64,000 nucleotides of DNA, taken from the NCBI GenBank assembly GCA_041751975.1, contig JBGSHW010000084.1:41745-105744 (forward strand), read 5' to 3'. Shown here in pieces: positions 10,273 through 19,924 of the stretch. Both the position numbers and the translations under genes were made by a program. The notes below the pieces were generated by a model. It searched no databases and had not been told where the DNA came from. It saw only the letters and a program-made list of their open reading frames with translations. The first letter of the stretch is position 1. Each line of letters starts with the position of its first letter. The DNA comes from Pirellulaceae bacterium (GTDB lineage Bacteria; Planctomycetota; Planctomycetia; Pirellulales; Pirellulaceae).

Positions 10273-11352
10273 CTAGCGTTGAACGCGAGCGGAGCCGCCC
10301 GCAGCCACCGCTTCGACCTCTGGCAGCTTGGCCATCGTCGTATCACCCACAAATGTGGTCAGCAGCGCGCCGTGAGCCCAGCCGAGCCGTAGGGCTTGCT
10401 CCGGTTCTTTACCGGCCAACATGCCGTAAATCAGACCGGAGGCAAAACCATCGCCGCCCCCAATGCGACAGATCACATCGAGCTTCAGCGTGGGGCTGAC
10501 ATACCGCTGGCCGTTGTACCAGACGACTGCCGCCCAATCGTGTCGATTGGTCGAATGCACTTCGCGGAGGGTGGTGGCCACCAACTTCACGTTCGGGAAT
10601 TTCTCCACCACTTGCTCGATCATCTTGAAGAATTGTTCGGGATCCAACGTCGATTTGCTTTCGACATCTTGCCCTTTCATCCCCAGTCCCTTTTGCAGAT
10701 CTTCTTCGTTACCGATCAAGACATCGCAGTGCGAGGCGATTTTGCGGCACATCTCTTGCCCCTTCGCTTCATCGCCGATCGTCTTCCACAACTTGGCGCG
10801 ATAATTGAGATCAAAGGATGTCACGGTGCCAGCTGCTTGGGCCGCTTGCATCCCTTCCACAATCAATTCGGAGGTTGTAGGTGAGAGGGCAGCGAAAATC
10901 CCGCCGGAGTGGAACCACTTAACTCCGCTGGCAAAAATCGACTTCCAGTCGAAGTCGCCTGGCTTGAGCATCGCCCCTGCTTCGTTGGCTCGATTGTAAA
11001 AAACCACGGGCGCCCGCACCCCAGCTCCTCGATCGCTGTAGACGGTCGCGATGTTGGGTCCCCGCACCCCATCGTGTTCGAACCACTTGTAAAACGGCTT
11101 GACTCCCATTTCGCGAACCGCGCGTTGGATGATCTCACCGACCCCGTAATCAACCATGGCGGTTGCGACGCCGGTCTTTAGGCCGAAGCAATCGGACAAG
11201 TTGGCCGCCACGTTGTATTCGCCACCGGAAACATGCACCTCAAAGGACTTGGCTTTGCGAAAAGGGATTGTGCCTGGATCAAGCCGATGCACGAGGGCCC
11301 CAAGTGACAAGAAATCGAGCTCAGCGGTTGGTTTGATATTCAGAGTAGCCAT
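10273..11352 (-). CDS. kdgK: PfkB family sugar kinase, 2-keto-3-deoxygluconate kinase-like
   Basis: GGEYNVA, SFDLNYRAKLW and RIGGGDGFASG PfkB motifs. Confidence 0.85.
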   Translation of the reverse strand: MATLNIKPTAELDFLSLGALVHRLDPGTIPFRKAKSFEVHVSGGEYNVAANLSDCFGLKTGVATAMVDYGVGEIIQRAVREMGVKPFYKWFEHDGVRGPNIATVYSDRGAGVRAPVVFYNRANEAGAMLKPGDFDWKSIFASGVKWFHSGGIFAALSPTTSELIVEGMQAAQAAGTVTSFDLNYRAKLWKTIGDEAKGQEMCRKIASHCDVLIGNEEDLQKGLGMKGQDVESKSTLDPEQFFKMIEQVVEKFPNVKLVATTLREVHSTNRHDWAAVVWYNGQRYVSPTLKLDVICRIGGGDGFASGLIYGMLAGKEPEQALRLGWAHGALLTTFVGDTTMAKLPEVEAVAAGGSARVQR

Positions 11353-11405
11353 GTGAATTCCCAGCTTGGTAGGTGGTGTCTTTGGTGTAAGTAGTTGTTA
11401 GTGGT

Positions 11406-12218
11406 TTAGATCGTTGTTGAGGAGAAGCCGCCGTCGACCACGATGTTTTGGCCGGTGACAAAAGAAGCAGCTGCGTGTGAGGCAAGCCAGCAGGCGGCCC
11501 CGCCCAGTTCCTTGGCATCGCCAAAGCGACCCATGGGGGTGTGGCCGATGATTTGACTGCCGCGTGGCGACAAGCTGCCGTCGGCGTTGTACAGCAAGGC
11601 ACGGTTCTGTTCTGCTGGGAAAAAGCCGGGGCTGAGCGCGTTGACTCGCACACCGCGGGTTGCCCATTCTCGGGCGAGGAACTGGGTCAAGTTGATCACG
11701 GCGGCTTTGGCGGCCGAGTAGGCCACGACGCGGGAGAGTGGGATCATGCCCGACATCGAGGCGATGTTGATAATGCTCCCGCGCTCCGCCCCTAGCATCG
11801 ACTCTCCAAACACTTGGCAAGGCAACAGCACGCCACCCACTAGGTTTAGATCGAAGACTTCGTTCCAGGCCTCGCGCGGCAATTTGCAGAAATCGCTCCC
11901 CGGCGGCAAGGTCGCTTCGGGACGATTTCCACCGGCTGCATTGACAAGCACCGTGACGGTCCCCAAAGCAGCTTGGATGGCATCCCGCGCGGTGCTTAAT
12001 GAATCGCGGCACATGGCATCGGCCGACTGGAAAATGGCTCGACCACCGGCGGCTTCGATTTCAGACACGCGGATCGCTCCTCGTTCGGCACTTCGCCCGA
12101 CCACCGCGATGCGGGCGCCGCAGGCTGCCAGGGCATCCGCCATCGCGCCCCCCAAACCGCCCGTTCCGCCAATGACCACCGCGACGTCATTGCTTAAATC
12201 GAAAAGTCCGCCAGCCAT
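11406..12218 (-). CDS. SDR oxidoreductase, D-mannonate oxidoreductase (UxuB)-like
   Basis: GGTGGLG, NAAGGN, YSAAK catalytic motif and GFFPAEQNRALL...HTPMGRFG typical of UxuB-type SDRs. Confidence 0.82.
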   Translation of the reverse strand: MAGGLFDLSNDVAVVIGGTGGLGGAMADALAACGARIAVVGRSAERGAIRVSEIEAAGGRAIFQSADAMCRDSLSTARDAIQAALGTVTVLVNAAGGNRPEATLPPGSDFCKLPREAWNEVFDLNLVGGVLLPCQVFGESMLGAERGSIINIASMSGMIPLSRVVAYSAAKAAVINLTQFLAREWATRGVRVNALSPGFFPAEQNRALLYNADGSLSPRGSQIIGHTPMGRFGDAKELGGAACWLASHAAASFVTGQNIVVDGGFSSTTI

Positions 12219-12487
12219 ACCGTTTCCCGCCTGCTTGAGTCAGTTTTACGAGCTCTAAAGCATCGTCGTTACGTGGCGTTTGTTCAAGGCGGGGTGCTTT
12301 CTCAGCAAGCTGCTTGTATCGCGTAACGCACGTGCGACCACCCCGCTCGGCAGGACAATTGTTCTGCGCCCCGAGTCGCGATATATTGACCGAGTCGATC
12401 GATAGTGCGTGGCTTTCAGCTTTGCTGGATCGCAAACTAACTGCCGGATCGCAAATTTATTTCTTTCAAAAACTAGGATTCACCAGC

Positions 12488-12949
12488 ATGTCGGCCGAAG
12501 AACGCTTGACGAAACTTGGACTTGAGCTTCCGCCGGCTCCGAAACCGATCGGGTTGTACAAACCGGTGGTGGTGGTTGGCAATCTGGCCTATCTTTCCGG
12601 ACACGGCCCGCTCAAGAGCGATGGCACGTTGATCATCGGGCGATTGGGGGACGGCATGACGTTGGAAGAAGGCCAAGCGGCCGCGCGTCAAACCGCCTTG
12701 GCCATGCTAGCCACCCTCCGTTTCGCCCTCGGCACACTCGATCGCGTCTCACGACTGATTAAAGTACTCGGCCTGGTCCGCTGCACCGAGGCCTTCGACC
12801 AACAGCCAGCGGTGATCAACGGCTGCAGTCAAGTCTTCGCGGATGTGTTTGGACCCGATCAAGGGATCGCGGCGCGCAGCGCCCTGGGAACCAACGCCCT
12901 GCCGGGTGGCATCGCCGTGGAGATTGAGGCGATTTTCGAAATCCTGTAG
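12488..12949 (+). CDS. RidA/YjgF family protein
   Basis: LPPAPKPIGLY, YLSGHGP, ARSALG and VEIEAIFE motifs; start moved to ATG 12488. Confidence 0.9.
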   Translation: MSAEERLTKLGLELPPAPKPIGLYKPVVVVGNLAYLSGHGPLKSDGTLIIGRLGDGMTLEEGQAAARQTALAMLATLRFALGTLDRVSRLIKVLGLVRCTEAFDQQPAVINGCSQVFADVFGPDQGIAARSALGTNALPGGIAVEIEAIFEIL

Positions 12950-12958
12950 CGGTGGAGC

Positions 12959-13318
12959 TCATTCAGCTGGGTACTTAATGCGGTTTTTGACCATCTTGTT
13001 GGCGATCGAAGTCGACAAGTCCAAGCCCAGGGCGTTGGCCAGCGAGAGGGCATAGCAGGTGACGTCGGCGAGTTCTTCGGCCACCTCGGCCAGTTCAAAA
13101 CCCTCGCCAGCGACGACTTGTTCGGTGGTCAACCACTGAAAATGTTCCATCAACTCCCCCGCTTCGATGGCCAACGACATCGACAGATTTTTCGCATTGT
13201 GGAACTTCTCCCACTGCCGTTCCACCACAAACGCGCGCATCATCTGACGTAATTCGTCGACAGTTGTCACCGAATCGTTGAATGGGATGGGGGTTGCGTC
13301 CGGTTCGGGGGGTGGCAT
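12959..13318 (-). CDS. MazG-like nucleotide pyrophosphohydrolase (dCTPase-like)
   Basis: WEKFHNAKNLSMSLAIEAGELMEHFQW and EELADV motifs. Confidence 0.92.
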   Translation of the reverse strand: MPPPEPDATPIPFNDSVTTVDELRQMMRAFVVERQWEKFHNAKNLSMSLAIEAGELMEHFQWLTTEQVVAGEGFELAEVAEELADVTCYALSLANALGLDLSTSIANKMVKNRIKYPAE

Positions 13319-13670
13319 ACTTTTTCTCGGGGTTCAGTGAAGAGTTCAATCGCCATTTCACAGCAATCTCGGCAATAGGGCTCGATCGGGGATCTGAAGT
13401 GGAAGTGAAAGCCCCAAGCTAGGAATCCAAGTAGCGACGTGCGGTCAGGGACACTCGTCAACTTCTGGGCGGGGTGTTAATCTATGGATACTTCAGTACA
13501 CCCACGTAGCGGGCAAACTTCGCCAGCCGCCAGCTTTGAAAAATTCAGCCGATGGGCATTAAACATACACAAACATACACGATTGACGTTCCTTCAGGGC
13601 CCCGGCATTTCGAGTTCGCCCGCTGCTTTTTTCGACAAACACCTTTAATTCCTAATTTGGGAGTCACGAC

Positions 13671-14264
13671 ATGAGCGTACTAGTAACGAAACCCGCACCC
13701 GACTTCAAGGCTCAAGCGGTGATGGAAGATGGCTCGTTCAAGGAAATCAGCCTGAGCGACTACAAGGGAAAGCACGTCATCGTGTTCTTCTATCCCCTCG
13801 ACTTCACCTTCGTCTGCCCCACCGAAATTATCGCTTTCTCGGATCGCGAGAGTGAGTTCAAGAGCCTCGGGGTGCAGTTGATCGGCGTCAGCGTCGACAG
13901 CCACTTCAGCCACTTGGCCTGGCGCAATACGCCGCGCGATCAAGGTGGTTTGGGAAGTATCGCATATCCGCTCGTAGCTGACTTGAGCAAGCAAATCGCT
14001 CGCGATTACGACGTGCTCATTGGTGAGACCGTCGCTCTACGTGGTCTGTTCTTGATCGACAAAGGGGGTATCGTGCGACATGAAGTTGTCAACGATTTGC
14101 CACTTGGACGAAGCGTCGACGAAACGTTGCGGATGGTTCAAGCCCTCCAGTACTTCGAGCAACATGGTGAAGTTTGCCCAGCCAACTGGAAAGAAGGGGC
14201 ACGCACGATCAAGCCTACCGTGAACGATAGCAAGTCGTTCTTCTCGGCTGAGTACTCGTCGTAG
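13671..14264 (+). CDS. ahpC: 2-Cys peroxiredoxin (AhpC/Prx1)
   Basis: [13 protein letters not shown] and GEVCPANW motifs. Confidence 0.96.
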   Translation: MSVLVTKPAPDFKAQAVMEDGSFKEISLSDYKGKHVIVFFYPLDFTFVCPTEIIAFSDRESEFKSLGVQLIGVSVDSHFSHLAWRNTPRDQGGLGSIAYPLVADLSKQIARDYDVLIGETVALRGLFLIDKGGIVRHEVVNDLPLGRSVDETLRMVQALQYFEQHGEVCPANWKEGARTIKPTVNDSKSFFSAEYSS

Positions 14265-14425
14265 TCTTCGTCGCAGAGCTCGTCCTATTGCGTGATACAA
14301 GCTTAACCGTGGGAGAAGGCACTGTGAGACCGTTAGGTCTGGCCGTGCTCTTCTGCGGGTTGGGATTCGGGTTGGGATGGGGCGGTCCCTGCTGACGCTA
14401 CGGGTTGGGCTAGAGCTCAAGCTCT

Positions 14426-14959
14426 TTAACCCTCTCTGCTGACCGCGTCCGCCTTGGCACTATTGGCTTGATACTCGGTCAGCTTCATGCCGGCGGTAAC
14501 CGGCCGTGAACGGGGCAGGAACGCATGGCTGGAGACGAGCGTTACGATTTTGCCCGATTGAACGCATTCACCCCGCTGATTGACCAACGTGCGAGCCCAA
14601 ACGACTTCCCCGCTGCGTCGTCCGCGGGGAGTAATCGACTCGACCAGGGTGACGGCATGAACGGTGTCGCCGACGTACATCGGTCGGTGGAACTCCCAAC
14701 CGTCAATGCGCACGAAAGCCAGTGTGCGAACGCGGGGGCAAGTGCTACTTAGCCCGGCCATCAGTGACAGTCCCAGTAGGCCGTGGGCGATCGGCTTGCC
14801 GTAGGGAGTCGCTGCGGCAAACTCGTGGTCGACGTGGAGCGGGTCGTAATCACCCGTCATGCCAGCAAATGAAACGATGTCCGTTTCGGTGAGCGTCCTT
14901 GCTGGACTTGTCCAGCAAGAGCCTGGTTCTAGATCTTCCAGGTACAAGCTTTCCGACAT
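14426..14959 (-). CDS. MaoC-like dehydratase (hotdog fold)
   Basis: FAGMTGDYDPLHVD and IAHGLL motifs. Confidence 0.9.
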   Translation of the reverse strand: MSESLYLEDLEPGSCWTSPARTLTETDIVSFAGMTGDYDPLHVDHEFAAATPYGKPIAHGLLGLSLMAGLSSTCPRVRTLAFVRIDGWEFHRPMYVGDTVHAVTLVESITPRGRRSGEVVWARTLVNQRGECVQSGKIVTLVSSHAFLPRSRPVTAGMKLTEYQANSAKADAVSREG

Positions 14960-15283
14960 ACGGTTATCTCCTTGCAAGCGTCGGTGAGCAGCTCAACCGA
15001 CTGGTAGTTTGGGGCATCGACCGATTCTGCGATCGCCCTCGCAGAGAAGAATAGCCATTTTCGCGGAATCGCTCAAGCAAGATCCCAGGTTTAATGACTC
15101 GATTACCCATGACTTCAGTGGATAACCAGTATAGAGCAATTGTCTTAACAGTTGGCGACGCTGTCCCCCGCCCATTTATGTGGGAATCAACCTAATGCGT
15201 TGTCACCGCTTGATCCCCTAGGAAAGTTGGCGTCCTGCTTAAAATCACCGGACGGTTTGCACGCCCTACCGCTGAGTTGATGC

Positions 15284-15622
15284 TTACTTGATCAGTTTGA
15301 GAGTCAGTGGGTACTGCCACAATTCTCCGCTGTTGGCTTTGATGCCACCGATGATCGGAAAGATGATACCGATGGCAGCCAGGGCAAGCATCAGAATGAA
15401 GCCGATGAACACGAAAGCCAGAATGACGCTTACGACCGAATAGATCAGCAGCGAGATGATGAAGTTCAGCACCATTTTGCCGTGCGCGTCGATCTCGGGC
15501 AGTTCTTCCTTCTTGAGTTGCCAAATAATGATGGGAGCTATGAGCCCGGCAAAGGGGACGGCCAGCCCGAGGAGTACGGAAAAGTGTAGCAGCATTGCCC
15601 AAGTACGCGTCTCTTTGTCCAT
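15284..15622 (-). CDS. DUF4870-like small membrane protein
   Basis: WAMLLH...PIIIWQLKK...HGKMVLNF...WQYPL pattern, three TM segments. Confidence 0.85.
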   Translation of the reverse strand: MDKETRTWAMLLHFSVLLGLAVPFAGLIAPIIIWQLKKEELPEIDAHGKMVLNFIISLLIYSVVSVILAFVFIGFILMLALAAIGIIFPIIGGIKANSGELWQYPLTLKLIK

Positions 15623-15913
15623 GCGTTGTCTCCCCAGGATAATTAAAACTTATTCGACGAATCGCCCTAGTGCTTGTCCGGTATTCGCAAAAGAAGCATG
15701 CAACATTGGCGAAGATTCTAACAAATTCCCGGTACTGTTTAATCCGAGTGCAGCCAGAAAAGGCCATCGGAGCAGGCCATCGGGGAAGCTGACCTACCGA
15801 AAACTAAACAGCCACGATATCTTAAAGCCCCGTTGAAAGCTGTGTAGATTGCCTTGTTGTGCCGATCCGCAGACTTCAGCCAAGTCCATTCATTACTTTG
15901 GAGAGACGCCGCT

Positions 15914-17629
15914 ATGGCGGACGAAATCAAGCTCAGTCCTGTGGAAACGATCAAGTCCGAGAGCCGCTTGTTGCGCGGTACGATCCTCGAGGACCTCAGG
16001 AACGACAGCGACGAATTCGAAAAATCGAACACGCAGTTGCTGAAGTTTCACGGTACTTATCAGCAAGACGACCGCGACTCGCGCAACCAAAAAGATGGCG
16101 AGGGAAAGGGGGCCAAGCAGTTTAGCATGATGACGCGGACGCGCATCCCCGGTGGTCGCCTGACCGCTGAACAATTCCTTGCCCACCTCGATATCTGCGA
16201 CACGTTGGGCAATGCGACCCTCAAATGCACCACGCGGCAAGCCCTGCAGTTGCATGGGATCCTCAAGAGCGATCTGCGCGAGACGATCAAGCGCATCTGC
16301 GATGTGCAGCTCAGCACGCTCGCAGCCTGCGGCGATGTCAATCGCAATGTGATGTGCTGCCCTGCCCCCTTGGCCGGTCCGGTCTACGCGGAACTGCAGC
16401 GTTTGACCGACGCCTTAAAAGAGCATCTGGCTCCGAAAACAAAGGCTTTTTATGAGCTTTGGCTGCGGGACGATGAATCCGGCGAAGAAACGCTCGTAGC
16501 CGGCGGCGAACCCGAGGAAGAGGAACCTATCTACGGACCAACCTACCTGCCTCGCAAATTCAAGATAGCAATCGCGCTGCCAGAGGACAATTGCGTCGAC
16601 GTCTACACGAACGACCTTGGGTTTTTGGCAGTCGTCCGCGATGGAAAAGTCATCGGTTACAACGTTTCCGTGGGTGGCGGTTTGGGGACCACCCCAAGCG
16701 CCAAGAAGACCTTCCCGGCACTCGCCAAACGCATGGCTTTCGTGACCCCCGAACAGGCCGTCGGGGTGGCCGAGGCGGTGGTCAAGGTGCAGCGCGACAA
16801 CGGCAACCGAGAGGACCGCAAGGTCGCGCGCTTGAAATACGTGATCGCCGACAAAGGAGTCGAGTGGTTTCGCGACCAAGTGGAACAGTATTACGGCCAA
16901 AAATTGGCTGATTGCACCGAAGATGAAGTCCATGCGGTTGACGACCACATGGGCTGGTTCCCGCAGGGGGATGGCAAGTTCTTCTACGGCTGGAATGTTG
17001 AGAACGGTCGGCTCTACGACGATGAGAGCCGGCAGTGGAAGTCGGCTTTGCGGGAGATCTGCGCCGAGCTCAAGCCCGGGATCCGACTTACCGCCCACCA
17101 AAGCATTCTGTTGACCGACCTTGAGGAGGGCGATCAGCCTCGGCTCAAGGCGATTATCAAGAAATATGGCTTGCCGCTGACCGAAGAGATTTCGACGGTT
17201 CGACGCTGGTCGATGGCCTGCGTGGCCCTTCCAACTTGCGGGCTGGCGGTCACGGAAAGCGAACGGGTCTTGCCCAGCTTGATCGATGACCTGGAAAAAG
17301 AGCTGGCCAAACTGGGGCTGGAGCGCGAAGCCTTCACGCTGCGGATGACCGGTTGCCCCAACGGCTGCGCCCGCCCTTACAATTCCGACATCGGGCTGGT
17401 GGGGAAAACCAAAGGCAAATACACGGTCTTTTTAGGTGGGCAATTGCTCGGCAAACGTCTCAATACGATCTACAAAGACTTGATTCCGTTTGAGGAAGTT
17501 GTGCCGACGTTGGTGCCTGTGTTCTTAGCCTTCAAGCAGCATCGCCAAAGCGCCGAGACGTTTGGTGACTTTTGCAATCGAGTCGGCAACGAGCAGCTCA
17601 TTAACTGGGCCGATGCCTACGGCATCTAA
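15914..17629 (+). CDS. cysI: Assimilatory sulfite reductase hemoprotein subunit (siroheme/4Fe-4S)
   Basis: KFHGTYQQDDRD, TTRQALQLHG, ACGDVNRN, LPRKFKI, CVALPTCG and TGCPNGCARP motifs. Confidence 0.93.
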   Translation: MADEIKLSPVETIKSESRLLRGTILEDLRNDSDEFEKSNTQLLKFHGTYQQDDRDSRNQKDGEGKGAKQFSMMTRTRIPGGRLTAEQFLAHLDICDTLGNATLKCTTRQALQLHGILKSDLRETIKRICDVQLSTLAACGDVNRNVMCCPAPLAGPVYAELQRLTDALKEHLAPKTKAFYELWLRDDESGEETLVAGGEPEEEEPIYGPTYLPRKFKIAIALPEDNCVDVYTNDLGFLAVVRDGKVIGYNVSVGGGLGTTPSAKKTFPALAKRMAFVTPEQAVGVAEAVVKVQRDNGNREDRKVARLKYVIADKGVEWFRDQVEQYYGQKLADCTEDEVHAVDDHMGWFPQGDGKFFYGWNVENGRLYDDESRQWKSALREICAELKPGIRLTAHQSILLTDLEEGDQPRLKAIIKKYGLPLTEEISTVRRWSMACVALPTCGLAVTESERVLPSLIDDLEKELAKLGLEREAFTLRMTGCPNGCARPYNSDIGLVGKTKGKYTVFLGGQLLGKRLNTIYKDLIPFEEVVPTLVPVFLAFKQHRQSAETFGDFCNRVGNEQLINWADAYGI

Positions 17630-17657
17630 AGTAGTCGATCGCTCCGCCGATCTCCAG

Positions 17658-17981
17658 CTACCACCCCATAACCATGTTGCTTTCGATGACTTTACGAGCT
17701 TTTTCGAGGTCGCTACCCGTTTCATGCATGTACAGGCGAATCGCGTGGACTTTATCCCCCGACGACTTCGAAAGGCAGTCGCGAGCCACGCTGCAGATAT
17801 CCATCCGCGGAGCGAGTCCCAGAACGCCTTTGGAAATCACCCAGGTATCCCGGGGGCGGCGCGTGAGACGCAGGACCTGGTCGCCAGCATATGCGTCATC
17901 GACGACATCCCTCGCCGCTTTTTCATCGGTTGCCCAAGTGATGATAATATGAGAGTCAGTTTCTATTTCGAATAATGGCAT
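17658..17981 (-). CDS. Conserved small hypothetical protein (Planctomycete-type) with an L7/L12-CTD-like C-terminal motif
   Basis: MPLFEIETDSHIIITWA... 107 aa from ATG 17981; C-terminal GDKVHAIRLYMHETGSDLEKARKVIE. Confidence 0.7.
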   Translation of the reverse strand: MPLFEIETDSHIIITWATDEKAARDVVDDAYAGDQVLRLTRRPRDTWVISKGVLGLAPRMDICSVARDCLSKSSGDKVHAIRLYMHETGSDLEKARKVIESNMVMGW

Positions 17982-18141
17982 GGCGTGCCCCCGGCTGGTG
18001 TTAACGGACTTTCCCTCTAGCATAACCCAGGGGTGGACTTTTTGGGGAGGCTATTCGCGTGAATCGCGTCTCATGTTGCAGTCTAATTCGGATTACTACG
18101 AAACCGACGATTGAACCGCTCTCATTGGAAAAATTTGACCA

Positions 18142-19011
18142 TTGACTAGACCAAAATCCAACCGTTGGCTGAACTGGCTCATTGTTATCGCGACCGTCTC
18201 GCTGGTCGCTACTCCCGTGGCGGTGGACCAATTGCGGTTGGAGATCGCCAGATGGCATCTGGCCGCCGCCACCAACGCAGTCAGCGTGTACGGTACCGAT
18301 CCTGCGAAGCATCTTGAGCGCGTCCAGGCGTTGGTCAAAGAGCCCGAGGCGATGCGAGATTATTGGCTTTTTCGCATCAAACAGGCCCTCTCCACCTCTC
18401 CGCACACCGTTCCGGACGAACTGCGGCAAGCGATTGAGGCCGATGTCAACAACGCCGAGCTGACCGGCTACGTCGCCACCTCTTTATGGGAAATCAAGGA
18501 ATTTGAGGCTCAGATTGAGGTCTTGGAGTATGGTCGCGATTTCTTTCAGTCGGTCAGCACGTCGACCCTGAATCAACTGGCCTACGCCCGCGCGCTCACC
18601 TCGCGAGATCTGCACAAAGCACTCGAGGATATCAACGCGGCGATTGAGGTGGAGCCGAATAACTTTGCGATCCGCGATACCCGCGGTTGGGTCCTATTCA
18701 AGATGGGCAAGCCGTTGGATGCCATCGAAGACGTAGAATTCGCAATTCAAGCGCTCGACAAACTGGAGCAAGGCGATTGGCTCGGTCGCGCCCTCACCTG
18801 GTTTGAACAAGCCATTCCCTCGGCAGCCTCAACCGTTTCTCCCGACGCGGTTTTGACGCGCGAGCAAGCGGGCGAGTTGTTGTGGCGTCGCGGGGCCCTG
18901 ATTTATCACCGCGCAAAAATCCTCGACGCGCTCGGGCGGGCGGACGAAGCCCAACAGGACTGGCAGTGGCTCAAGGACCAGCAACTGCCTCAGGATGATC
19001 GCATCTACTAG
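18142..19011 (+). CDS. TPR-containing membrane-anchored protein
   Basis: N-terminal TM helix; LNQLAYARA...IRDTRGWVLFKMG TPR motif. Confidence 0.82.
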   Translation: MTRPKSNRWLNWLIVIATVSLVATPVAVDQLRLEIARWHLAAATNAVSVYGTDPAKHLERVQALVKEPEAMRDYWLFRIKQALSTSPHTVPDELRQAIEADVNNAELTGYVATSLWEIKEFEAQIEVLEYGRDFFQSVSTSTLNQLAYARALTSRDLHKALEDINAAIEVEPNNFAIRDTRGWVLFKMGKPLDAIEDVEFAIQALDKLEQGDWLGRALTWFEQAIPSAASTVSPDAVLTREQAGELLWRRGALIYHRAKILDALGRADEAQQDWQWLKDQQLPQDDRIY

Positions 19012-19068
19012 CTTGCGCCTCGATCGCATCGACATGAACCCTCCCCGCGCGCGTTCAAACCGAGTTGC

Positions 19069-19731
19069 TCAAAGAATCCCATACTTGTGAAAGGTCTCGA
19101 CGGCCGACATGCCTTGGCGAATGGCGTCCCGCACCATGTTTTCGCCACTCACCTTGGCAAACGCCCGTTCGATGACCTCCGCCTCAACGGCCTGAGGAAC
19201 CACCACGATTCCGTCGCGATCGGCCATCACCAAATCGCCGGGGTTGAAGGCCACGCCGTCGATTTCTACGGGCACATCGACGTCGACGACCCGTTGCCGA
19301 TTCAAGCTGTCATACAAGCAGGTCGCGCGGGCGTAAACCGGGAAATCCATGTCGGCCATCTTGGAAACGTCGCGCACCGCACCATCCACAATCGCTCCCA
19401 CGCAGCCTCGGTTGGAGGCTGCCGTGGTGAGCAGCTCTCCCCAGATGCCAGAGCGGATCGAACCACCGGCAGCGGCGATCAGCACGTCGTCGGGCTGGCA
19501 AGCGTCGACCGCCTGCAGTTCGAGCTCGTAAGGGTGTGGATCTGGGTGATACATGTCGGTCCATAACGTTGTTTTGCAGCGTCCTACCAGCAACCGCGGT
19601 GGCAGCGCGACGGAACCCGTTTGCAACGGCAGCGAGACACGCGGCGATTGATGGGGGTAACCCAGTCCATCCAAGGCATCGCACACCACCGCACAATAAA
19701 GTTGAGAGCGCATTTCTTCCAAGTTATGCAT
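19069..19731 (-). CDS. RraA/HMG-aldolase family protein
   Basis: AVVCDALD, GIWGELL, IVDGAVRD and GDLVMADRDGIVVVP motifs. Confidence 0.9.
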   Translation of the reverse strand: MHNLEEMRSQLYCAVVCDALDGLGYPHQSPRVSLPLQTGSVALPPRLLVGRCKTTLWTDMYHPDPHPYELELQAVDACQPDDVLIAAAGGSIRSGIWGELLTTAASNRGCVGAIVDGAVRDVSKMADMDFPVYARATCLYDSLNRQRVVDVDVPVEIDGVAFNPGDLVMADRDGIVVVPQAVEAEVIERAFAKVSGENMVRDAIRQGMSAVETFHKYGIL

Positions 19732-19924
19732 CGGTTGGGTCTCTGGGGTCAATTTTTTGCTTAAGCGGGACACGGTCGTTCCCAGTCCATGTGGAAGTCG
19801 GCTGCCAATCATCGGCCGCTGGGTGTTGGATTATAGGTAATTCCGAGCCATAATGCGGGCCCGATCGCGGTTGGCAGCCTCCGAATCAACACCTGCGAAA
19901 CCTCTAACTTTACGGCGTGGCATT

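Noticed and set aside
15623-15913. SAM riboswitch upstream of cysI
   Set aside because: No SAM-I or SAM-II consensus elements recognisable
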